Assembly (NCBI RefSeq): GCF_964355755.1
Contig: NC_092670.1
Coordinates: 32,166,388-32,230,387 of the forward strand
From: Antedon mediterranea
Taxonomy: Eukaryota; Animalia; Echinodermata
Reading direction: 5' to 3'
Length of the DNA: 64,000 nt
Every line of letters begins with the position of its first letter. Position 1 is the first letter of the stretch. The notes beneath the pieces were generated by a model that was not told where the DNA came from, ran no database searches, and saw only the letters and a list, made by a program, of their open reading frames with translations. Shown piece by piece: positions 26,617-37,298 of the stretch. A program made the position numbers and the translations under genes.

Positions 26617-28215
26617 TAGTCATAGTCATAGTCATATATACTTTATTGTCCATTTAAAAAACAGAAATGTGATTTGAAAACTGGCAAAATACAAAAATAT
26701 AAAATACAATTTACAAAAACACACACAAAAAGTTAAGAGGCTAAAAATTGTTAAAATTAGATAAAAATTATAGGTTACATTTTACCTTTGTACTCTGGAG
26801 TTATATAAGTGTATAGCATTAGGTACAAACGAGCACCTAAACCGTTTTGTTTTGGTATTAAGTGCACGTAGTCTTATGCCAGAATTCATGAGAGCAAATT
26901 GTTTGTGAAGAGGATGTGTTTCATCATCAATGATACTTTTTACTTTTTTTAACACATTTTCTTTATACAAGGATTCAACATCAGGTAAGTGCTGTCCTAC
27001 TAGTCTAATTGCTCTATTTCCTATTCGATTAAGTTTAATTTTATCTTTTTGCATTGTATTACCATAAAAACAAACATTACAAAAAAGTATTACACTGAGA
27101 ATTACAGAGTTATAAAACAATTTAAGTATAGTTTTGTCAATTTGTAGGTACTTCATTTTTCTTAAAATAAACATCCTTTGGTTGGCTTTGCATGTGGCTT
27201 TATTTACATTATTTATCCAATTTAGCTTATTGTCAATTATACAACCCAGATATTTGTACTCATTTACTACTTCAATCTCATTTTCATTTATAATCAGAGG
27301 TTCTAAGGGTTCTTTAATTTTCCTAAAATCAATTTGCATTTCTTTTGTTTTCTTTATGTTTAGTTTCAGGTTGTTATTGCAGCACCAGTGATAAAAATCA
27401 CATCCTAGTTGTCTATAGCTTGTTTCATCATTGCCAGTAATGTATCCAGTGATGACTGTGTCATCTGCATATTTTACTATACAACATTCATTTGAATTGG
27501 CTCTGAAACTGCTGGTGAACAGTGAAAACAACATTGGGGAGATAACAGACCCTTGTGGCGTGCCAATGCTAACAGTTCTTTTATCAGATAAAATACCGTT
27601 TAGTTTAACATACTGGAACCTTTTTGTTAAGAAATTATATATCCATGAAGTCAATGTGTCGTTTACGTTCATTTCTTTAAGTTTGCGTACTAATGAACCA
27701 GGTTCAACGGTATTAAAAGCACTAGAAAAATCTATATACAAACATCTTACATATGATTTAGGCACATCTAAATGTTGGTAAATATTATGTAAGTGGAAGA
27801 GCACAGCATCTTCAACACTTCTATTACTCTGATAGGCAAATTGGAGAGGATCGAGAAACAATTTGGTCTGATCAAGCAACTGCCTAAGTACAATCTTTTC
27901 TAGGCACTTACCAACATTGGATGTGATAGCTATTGGCCTATAGTCATTAAGTTCCTTGGGATTTTTTATCTTAGGAATAGGTGAGATACAGGCCGTTTTC
28001 CATTGATTGGGCACTGTACCACTTGCTAAACTCTCATTAAAAAGTTTGGTATATATCGGTGCCAACTCTTGGTTGCAGTATTTAATAACACGATTTCCAA
28101 TTCCATCAGGGTCAGTACTTTTACCAGGCTTTACTTTGGCGAATACATTACGCACATCAACTACATTTATGACTGCATTGTTTACTAATGAAGATTCTAT
28201 TACTCTTTCGTTCAT
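26617..28215 (-). mobile_element. 5'-truncated LINE, Rex1/Babar-like, with uninterrupted RT ORF (26782-28215)
   Basis: DYRPIAITS, DPLQFAY, YVRCLYIDFSSAFNT, GTPQGSVISP, KYADDT, YKYLG. The 3' UTR ends in AATAAAG and (TGACTA)3 at 26617-26634. No endonuclease domain. Confidence 0.9.
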
Positions 28216-30482
28216 CTTGAGTTGGAGTGATTTTGTGCCGTTTTGTTTTGCGCAAGCGCAAGATCATGCTTAGAATGAGTTTTATTGACAGTCGCTTTGT
28301 CGCGTGTCGAGAAAATGAAATTATCTATCATAGTACGAAACTAAATGTTACTATTCTGAAATGATTACAGTTATACAATGAAAATGAAAATGCCTAATTA
28401 AAAATGTCAACGATTACTGTTTGTTTTCTAAAAATAACATATAAACCAGTAACAGTATCTGAAAATATAAAACTGTTACAACGAAAGAAAATATCATATA
28501 TGCGTATGCATGTAGTCAGTGCTTTAGATAATTAAAATTTAATTATACAATATATACAATATTTTATTGAAAGAATTCTCGTATTAGATTCCAGCTCAGT
28601 TCGGCCTGCATTTCCGCCCTGTTCGATTTCAGAAGTTGTAGGCACAATGGTATTATTTCAGGTCATTTCAACTACAGTGGTGGCAGAGTTCCATATTTTC
28701 AACTAGATATTGTGTATCAACTTTTCAACCAACTGTACTCATATCAAGTGTGGAGCCATTGAAGGCAACCCGGATCAACGATTGGCCAAAATTTTTTGAT
28801 TTCCACTCCTTCTTGCACGTCCAATTACCAAAAGAATAACAACACTAAGCTCTACTATCAGAACATTAGAAGTATTAAAAACTGAATGCGAAATTACTAT
28901 GGACTGAAACACTTGTGGGAGTCGTCTATAGAGTACCGAACAGTACTGTAGTCGTAAGAGTATATTTAAAATCGTCCAATCAGTTAAAGACGCAATGCCT
29001 ACTCATCCCCGGTATCAACTCATTTGTGGAAGATCTAAACCTTTGCAAAATTGAGTGGACTAGTGATGGTACGGGATAAGCACCCACAAATTCAATTGGT
29101 GAACTCTCAATTGATAACATTTTAAAGTATAGTGTTTATTGTTTGGTAGGGCCCTTATAGGGCGGAGGTGAGGAGGCGGAGTTAATTTAAGGGAGGTGCT
29201 TATTCGAGGGATATGTTAATTTTTTTAGTTTTATTATTATGGTAACATTTATAATCAACTAAAATCCTCTAATAGATATTAAAAGTTGTAAAAAAGAATA
29301 ACAAATGCTTGGTAAATTGTAGATAACAGTGCGATGAATTCTACTACAAATAGTATAATTATGTTATTATCAATATAATACAACATTGTGTGTATAAATG
29401 TGGATGAGCGTTTATTAGATTAGATTAGATTAGGGTTGTGGGGGTGGGGGAATTATTATTCAAAGTGATTTTTTATTGTGGAGGTTTTGGGCGTTTATTC
29501 AAATAAATACCATCCTAATAATTAATACATTATTTAATTTAAACATGTTTTGAAACTTCCGCGACCGAGTGGGCCGTTTCTGCACAAGAAGGAAGACGTT
29601 TAAGATGGCTTGAAAAATGGGCAGACGTATCCCGGTACGAACGGGACACAGATAGCCCACACAGTTATTTCTGCCAGCTTACTCAATAAAACACGGCTAT
29701 CGGGATTTCACTCGATTTTAAACAAAATGTCATCATATCTCCCTATGTAATTTTATAATACTATTCCCCACAATATACTCCGATGCTTTATGGCGTATAT
29801 TCAATTTGATCTTTATTAATCTGCAGTATAATTTTTATATGTTTTAACTACTGTACCTTCACACGCGCGGTCCGATCCGAAAGTAAACAAAAAACTAAAA
29901 TGGCTATAGCCACTAACGACCAATTTAGTTGAAACCAGGAAGTTGCAAGCTGAACCCGTGATCGGTGAACTCATCGTGAACCCGGAAAATACTTGGACCG
30001 CGTACAATTGGAATTGAATGAAAATCTACCGATGAAATCAGAAATTTGGTGTTAAAACCCTTTGCGTAATAATGAAAACTAATGTTATCAATCTACGTTT
30101 CGCAGTACATCTGAGATAGATAAGGTAAGTAACCATGGCGGAGATTTGTCCGGAATTTTTTCCATTGTGGAATCAAATTCAATCAATCGTTCTTCTGCAA
30201 TAACCTTTCTTACACTGAGAAAACTGATTGTCATACGACACAGACTCAGCAGCATTATTTTAAATACTACTTGTTCAGAGTTACATAATAAAAGTATGCA
30301 TGTTCGGGCAAATAAAAACTATTCAATAGGCATACATACATTTGATAAATGAACAGTTTAAAGAAAAAGATTGTTATGCTTCACTATAATTATATTAAAT
30401 GACAATAAAATATTGTTCACTATACTAGTGACAGATTAAATCATTATGTACACATTATGTATTAATTTTCTCCCGCCTATAT

Positions 30483-30502
30483 TACTTCCTTGTGTATCGA
30501 AA
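30483..30502 (+). promoter_or_regulatory. Conserved 20-bp upstream element of receptor D
   Basis: TACTTCCTTGTGTATCGAAA, 114 bp before the ATG. Confidence 0.55.
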
Positions 30503-30596
30503 CTTGTAAATTAAGTTTTTAGATTTTATCATTCGTAAAAACAATACCTAACTATTGATACACATTACTCAGCATGTACTAATTTACTCAACAAAA

Positions 30597-32429
30597 ATGC
30601 TGCTCCATATATGTCTTATGATAATAAGTTTGCTCAATGTAAGAAATGCTATTGCAGAAGAACGGTTCGTTGAGTTTGATTCTTGTTATTATACGAATGT
30701 TTGGTTACAATCGCAGCCTGTGATGGTCATATCATTAAATAAATTCTACAGTGGTAATATAACTGAACAAGTGTTACATATAAAAACAGATGATGAGCAG
30801 CCGGTAGACAACATAGCTCATCTGCCAGGAAAGTCTAAAACAGTCAACTGTCACTACTTTCTATCTTACAATGGACAATACGACGGAATATACACATGCC
30901 ATGATGATGACAATAAACAATATGTGATTTCTTCAGGTGATGTCAAAAAATATCAGCCCCCTGAATATTATTATTGGAGAATTTCCTGTGAAGATTTCGT
31001 TCAATATATGACAGAAGGTGATGAAGTAGTAATTACTTGCAAAGTGACAAATACATCATTGAACAACAAAAACTATAAACTAACAATAGGATGGATCCAA
31101 GGAAAACATAGCATTACACAGTCGTATGATTTGAATACTGAAACAGTACATTTTGATCAAATATTTAAAGGTTACAAACGGGGAGACGGTATATTCTTTT
31201 ATTGTATTTCAATAGAAAACACAATTAACAGGTTTGTAATTTCATGTCACACGTTACTCATACGAGTTTATCATAGTAGTCCTTTACTAGTGGAAATCAA
31301 GCCTATGAACGAACACGCTGTTGGTGAACATTGTTTTGAATGTCAAGCTAAAGGGGGATCTGGTCAGAAGAATTACTACTGGACATTAAATGGAAAACTA
31401 CTGTCACTGACAGAATACGATGGAAATGTTGACCATGCACAATGCTTCAAGTATTTAAAATCTGGTGATTACGTTGTCAAGTGTCTGGTGAGTACTCAGG
31501 ACAAATCTGATGCGATAGAGTTCACTATCGATAATGTAGTGCCAACCGACAAACCTGAAGCAACAAGTAGCATACATACAGGGCCAAGTCAAAGTAAAGA
31601 AGATTATCATACATTTATAATTATAATACTGGCATCAACAACAGTCAGTCTATCGATAGTAGTTTTTATTCTCGTCTATCTACTCAAACAGTCGAGAACT
31701 GCTATGGAAATTCAAAAGAAATGTGACATTATCAAAATCACAAGAAGTCAACAAAAAGAAAACGAAGACATCAATAATACAGACCTTCAAGAACCTTCAG
31801 AGAAACCACAGGCAGTGCAACCAGAAGAAATGACTTTCTTTAGAATAACAGATGCTGATGAGAAACCGTCAACAAGCAAGCAAGTGATATCTACGATAGA
31901 AGAAAACGAACCCTGTAAATCTAGAAAAACAGACGGAAATGTAGAAGATGTATATTATAGCATTAGAGATGATGTTTATAATGATGATGACAATGAACAT
32001 TCAACTAGTAGACAGACGGAAATAAGCCTTGTAGACGAAAAGCAAAGAGATAATAATCCGTTAAAATCTACGATGAAGATTAAAAAAGACCAACCTGAAG
32101 ATATATATTATAGCATTGTAGATGATGACGATCAACATTTAACAAACAAAACAGACAAGAAACATCATAAATCAACACAAAAGTTAACAAATACAAATAA
32201 ACACGTTGAAGTCTTTACAAACGAATGTTATAAGTGTCACAATGAACCTAAACAATATACGAAAAAAGTGAGCCATAAGATACAGTTCAAGATGGCAACT
32301 GAAACAAGCAAAAACAAGGAACTAGAAGACACAGTAGATGACTACATGCAGCCGATCACACAGTTATACAGCAATAAAATATACAGTACCAATGACAGTG
32401 ATGACGGTTACTTAGAAATAATATCTTAA
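30597..32429 (+). CDS. Receptor D: ectodomain class 1 + long DGYLEI tail, 610 aa
   Basis: Ectodomain highly similar to C; TM FIIIILASTTVSLSIVVFILVYLL; acidic tail with EDVYYSI, EDIYYSIV, DDYMQP, LYSNKIYST, DDGYLEIIS*. Confidence 0.9.
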   Translation: MLLHICLMIISLLNVRNAIAEERFVEFDSCYYTNVWLQSQPVMVISLNKFYSGNITEQVLHIKTDDEQPVDNIAHLPGKSKTVNCHYFLSYNGQYDGIYTCHDDDNKQYVISSGDVKKYQPPEYYYWRISCEDFVQYMTEGDEVVITCKVTNTSLNNKNYKLTIGWIQGKHSITQSYDLNTETVHFDQIFKGYKRGDGIFFYCISIENTINRFVISCHTLLIRVYHSSPLLVEIKPMNEHAVGEHCFECQAKGGSGQKNYYWTLNGKLLSLTEYDGNVDHAQCFKYLKSGDYVVKCLVSTQDKSDAIEFTIDNVVPTDKPEATSSIHTGPSQSKEDYHTFIIIILASTTVSLSIVVFILVYLLKQSRTAMEIQKKCDIIKITRSQQKENEDINNTDLQEPSEKPQAVQPEEMTFFRITDADEKPSTSKQVISTIEENEPCKSRKTDGNVEDVYYSIRDDVYNDDDNEHSTSRQTEISLVDEKQRDNNPLKSTMKIKKDQPEDIYYSIVDDDDQHLTNKTDKKHHKSTQKLTNTNKHVEVFTNECYKCHNEPKQYTKKVSHKIQFKMATETSKNKELEDTVDDYMQPITQLYSNKIYSTNDSDDGYLEIIS

Positions 32430-34371
32430 GTGATCATTTAGAGCAATAATAGACAAGAAATATTTCTTACAAAAAACGCTGCTCGCTTATTGAAAAACAT
32501 TTTTTATTTCAAATGTTTTTGAATGTGTCATTTTATTGTCACATAATAGTTATTTTACCTGAAAAAAATGTAATTTAAAGCAACAAATACTTAAATTGTC
32601 TGTCAGAAAATGGTTTTTGGGTTTCTTTTCTTTTTTTATACGTGAATAAATATTATTTTTTTGTTACAGAAGTGAATACTCAATTTCTGTCACTTTAGTT
32701 AATTTTATTGCTAAGGTCAAATCTGGGGGTCACTTCATCACCCTAGATATTTCAATTGTGAAGTATCCTATTACAAACACAAACTTTAATGGACTGTTTC
32801 GATAATAATTCAATGAATATCTGACAGTGAATATACCAGAAATGCTTAGGGATTTGTAATTTTAGCATGACATGTCCTAATAGACTCTTTCCCAGACGTT
32901 TTTTGGGTCTACTGTAGCAGCTGGAATCAATAAATCATAGTGGAGTTTCCATTTTCACAAAACTGTCTGTCCTTAGAACTATAACTGCTGCTTGCTTTAG
33001 CTTCTGATTGAGTAGTCCTAATGGGACGTAGCGGGCTAGAGCAGCAGCGTGAAAAAAAGTTCAGTAATTGTGGAATGATTTATTATTACATTATACAGAC
33101 ATTAACGCATGCTACATTTTAAATGTATAATTAACCAGCTTAAGTGTTACAAGATTTTAAAAACTTTACTATAATACATTTTACTCGAATTAAACATTAA
33201 TCATTTACTATAAGAATAAAAAAAAAGATATTTATAAAAATGTCACAAGATTTTAAAAACTTTATTATATATAATATATTTGCTCGCATTATACATTAGT
33301 ATCATTTACCATATAATATAACCAAGGTTGTCTTATAAATGTATTATTCCTAACTGAATTTATCAAAGAAAAAAGTATGTATTGATTGATTTTTTTCATT
33401 ATCTATGTATGGTGTTGCAAGATGAAAGTTATTCCCTATTGTAGGCATTTACTTTTGCCATTAAACCGGGTACAGTATTAGAATTGTGATGAAACTCATA
33501 ATACTGCAACAAATCATAATGAACTCGCATGAGTACAGTATTATTTATCATAAACATTATCAAGGCGGCCTTATAAATGTCTATAAAATTATGTTTTAAT
33601 AGAAAGATTAATCAAGTTATTAATATTAGCTATTGTAGGCATACGAAATATAATTACCAATGTATTATTTTACTTAAACTATAAAAAAAACATTATTTAA
33701 TTAGTTGTGATTGGCTTACGATATATTACGAAACTGGGATTAATCTCAGCTTCAAACGTAAATTGCGCAGCCAATCAAATAATTACTTTTTTAGTGTATA
33801 TCACTTGTGTAAAAAAAATAATAATTAATATACTGTACAACTAAAATTACTTCTACTAAAAGTAATGAATGATACTGCTACTATTAAGTATTACAGTTTT
33901 ATCTCAACTGTTCAAAGTTTGTAAACATATTTATGAAGGCCACGTACTCTTACATAACATGTTATGTTTCCATTCTGTATTATTGTTATAGTTGTTTATC
34001 GGTTGAAATATGAATAATTCGTACTTTATATAAACAGAAAATTGTAATAATAAAAGTTCTCGTACTCTATATACTTTTTGTTTTAGTTATTTTAAAAGGT
34101 TAATATATATTGCGTGTGAAGAATTATGACTGAAAGGGAAATAAAACAATTTGTAAGTTTTAAATTGTGTTTTAGAAAAATAAATTTGAATACAATATTT
34201 CTATAAAAATAATATTAGAAAAAAACCTTTTATTGTTTGACATTAACATCGTTTGTTATACAGTATCAATAAATCACAAAACTGATGACGTAGATGATTA
34301 TATTTGTGTGTTATACAAAATGATGTGTTATGTGTATATAATGGTGATAAGTTGTTTACTTGTAAAAATTC

Positions 34372-34810
34372 TTATTAGGTGATCATTTAGAATAAAATGA
34401 TCACCTATTGTTATTGTATGAAATCTGTATTCTTTTTATTTATTTCTTTCTGTACAGATTTTGTGTGTCAATTATCTCAAAAATTTAATTGTCAATAATC
34501 ACCAAAATTTCAAAATATATTTAAAATAATTTAGTTTAGTTATAGTTAAGTTTTCAGAGTGATCACTCATCCGTGACGTCATTTATACGCCATTTTGTGA
34601 AATCACATTATCAATAATATCTCCATAATTCATTATCACATGTGAATAAAATTCACTACACATAAACGTCAGGTCAAAGGTAAAAATATTAGCAAATAAA
34701 AACTTGCGCGTTTCAAGGTCATGCGCGGGAAATTGCGCGTTAAAAATTTAAAAAGCTCAAAATTAAGTTTTGATCAATTTAGAGCATGAAATAGGCCATT
34801 TGCGTGTTTC
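34372..34810 (+). mobile_element. Probable Helentron/HINE-like fragment (copy at about 43262-43701)
   Basis: Hairpin AGGTGATCATTT-agaata-AAATGATCACCT followed by ATTGTTATTG and a T-rich tract. Boundaries approximate. Confidence 0.4.
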
Positions 34811-34812
34811 AG

Positions 34813-34880
34813 GAAAAGAAACAAGCGGATCGGTGGACGATTATATGCAACCAATAAGTTACTTAGAAATAATATCTTGA
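34813..34880 (+). pseudogene. Orphan receptor tail remnant
   Basis: Encodes KETSGSVDDYMQPISYLEIIS*, matching the end of the D tail with an internal deletion. Confidence 0.75.
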
Positions 34881-34909
34881 AACTTAATCAATTAAAATTA
34901 ATCGTTCAA

Positions 34910-36560
34910 TTCATTCATTCATTCATTCATAATGGTATATTTATTAAAATCACCTTCACAGAAAAACTGAATTGTGACCCTTTTTTACATTATTAAAAGG
35001 TACTTAAAATATTTAAAATGTTTTAAAAAGATAGCATAAAATAACATCAAACATTGAGAACCACACAATACATCATATAAAAACATTAAAATAAACGAGC
35101 ACAACATCAAAACAAGTAAAAATCTAAATGACTGGCCAAGTGAATTGAAAAAAAATTACCTAACATATTATATTTGATTCTTATTACTTCAACATTATAT
35201 TATAGAGAGGGATAAAATTATTTTCAATACAGAAGTAAAATCAGTTGCGGTTCCACTGTCGTGTATGGAATGGAGCTGTTACGATATTTGACAGTCCGGC
35301 AAACAGGGACAGTAAGTTTGTTTGCGCTTCGTATTCTCTGCCATATGAGACTCAAACCTACTGAGTGGAATACACTCATCTTGGCTTGAAATTACCGAGG
35401 CAAAAAAATTGCTACAAATTTCATTATGACATACATTTAACTGTATTAAGTTACACTGATCAAGAGCTAGATTATAGTGTGAAAACAGAGGCCCTAGAAT
35501 AATTTTACAAGCTCACTTCTGGATTCGCTCTAACATTATTTCATTCAAGTTGGGTAAGACCAGAATGCCACACAGGAGCAGCGTATTCAGTTAAGGGTCT
35601 GACATACCCAGTATAAATAGTTAATAAGTCAACAATTGGCATTTTGAATCGCTTAAGTACTTTCAACATATATAATCTACCATTAGCTTTGCTAAGCATT
35701 TTAGTGATATGAGAGCTCCATTTAAGATCAGAACTAATGTTAACGCCTAAGATTGTAGTATTATTCACAATGTTCAACGGCTGTCCATCAATGTTGACAA
35801 CATGATTAACATTTTTTCTAGAGAAATTTACACTCATAACTAAACATTTGCTAGGATTAAGTTTCATATTATTAACTGTCGCCCATTGCGATAGATCGTT
35901 TAAGTGATTTTGCATAAAGCTAGGTTGTTTGCTAAGACGAGGTTCGACAATGGTAATATCATCAACATACTTAAATACGTCAATCGTCTTATCGTAAAAA
36001 ACATCATTAACCATGGCAAGGAAGCAGAGGGGTCCTAAGCTGGTACCTTGAGGGACACCTCCATGAATGTATTTCCATTCACTAATGGTGTCTAGATATC
36101 TAACACATTGTGTTCTATCACTTAGAAAACTCATAATCCATGTAATTACAGATGGACGGACTTGAAATGTAATCAACTTACAGATTAATACATTGTGGTC
36201 AACATAGTAAAAAGCTTTTATAAAATCAGTAACCACTACAGTACTTTCACTTTGTTTCTTATCAGCATTTCTATAGAGAACATCCATAAGCTTAACAAGA
36301 TAATGATTAGTAGATATCCCTTTACGATACCATACTGGTTGTGGTCAAGGTTGGGATTCATGTCATTTAACAACAAACTTTAGACATGAAACTTTCTGCA
36401 ATTTTTGCAAAGTGGTCAGTGAGGGAAATTGGTCTAAGTTTATCCCAAGTCGCAGGATTAGTTTTAAGAATAGGGATAACCACGGGACAACACCGTTACC
36501 AAAGGATTAATTTATGATTGCAGCCAGAGGTTTGCTAATTTCATATGCAAATTCCTTAAT
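34910..36560 (-). mobile_element. Truncated, decayed LINE (RT ORF 35541-36287)
   Basis: DFIKAF, GVPQGTSLGP, KYVDD, VRPLTEYAAPVWH; (TGAA)n tail at 34910-34930. Confidence 0.88.
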
Positions 36561-36613
36561 TCGTAGTTAGAGAATCTTATCTTATATGAATCTATAACTC
36601 TTCCTCAATTTAA

Positions 36614-37151
36614 AGATGTATTGTCCCTTGAAACACAAAAAATAAAAAAAAAATATTCTAAATTTAAATTGGCCATTTCAAGGTAATATTAAAGTTATTC
36701 ACTTCAAGTCGAACATTTGAGGCAAAAACAACAAGTTTACGTAATTAACAGGTAAATTAATTTGATTACATTTCGTCTAGAAAATCGTCACGATTGAAAG
36801 TAAACAAAGATTTCAAACCACAAGTATGCATTAATGCATGATGCTAATTAAAATTGTTTACAACTCGTCGCGGTTGAGAAGGTGTTTTCACGCAGATCTT
36901 GAGGAAGTCTTATGATTATCATAGAGATATTATTCTATGTGATTATGTATACAGAGTAGCCAACTTTGACTGCACTGGAAGTCAAAGTTATTTTTTGAAC
37001 AAAAAAAACGTCCGTATTTCGGTTAAATTATTTTTTTTTTTCAACTAATTTTTGGTGAAAGTTAATAACTATTATGATAATTCAAAATGACCCACTTTTT
37101 TCGAAATATAAAAAAAAAATTGTTTTTATTAGTCAAAGAGATAATACATCT
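36614..37151. mobile_element. TTAA-target MITE (Kolobok-like termini) just upstream of receptor E
   Basis: ttaa|AGATGTATTGTCCCTTGA ... TCAAAGAGATAATACATCT|ttaa. The paralogous site before F (39985-39988) has a single TTAA, i.e. the empty site. Confidence 0.85.
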
Positions 37152-37196
37152 TTAAACATAGTTATTATATTATTCGAAAGTTCATCCGAAAAGCAT

Positions 37197-37216
37197 TACT
37201 TCCTTGTTTTGCGAAA
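37197..37216 (+). promoter_or_regulatory. Conserved 20-bp upstream element of receptor E
   Basis: TACTTCCTTGTTTTGCGAAA, then an Inr-like TCAGTT, 102 bp before the ATG. Confidence 0.6.
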
Positions 37217-37298
37217 CTGTACATTCAGTTATATTCAACTATTTGTAGCAACACCATCTAGATTGTGTATTCGTTACTCAAAAGATAAAGAAACAAAA

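Noticed and set aside
26782-28215. Reverse transcriptase next to variable receptors as a diversity-generating retroelement or retron
   Set aside because: Motifs, 3' UTR, microsatellite tail and 5' truncation are those of an ordinary LINE. No template/variable repeat pair or adenine-specific variation was seen. The same applies to the RTs at 35541 and 44438.
28850-29110. Small endonuclease-like LINE fragment (LVGVVYRVP...ICG.DLN)
   Set aside because: Too short and degraded to delimit or classify with confidence.
31615-31686. Charged TM residue for DAP12/FcR-gamma-type adaptor coupling
   Set aside because: None of the TM helices in B-G has an internal Lys, Arg or Asp, so activating versus inhibitory roles cannot be assigned that way.
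37074-37298. 75-aa N-terminal extension of E (and of G, 45972-46196) in the ORF track
   Set aside because: The upstream ATG lies inside a MITE and before the conserved promoter element. The signal peptide begins at 37299 and 46197, as in the paralogues.
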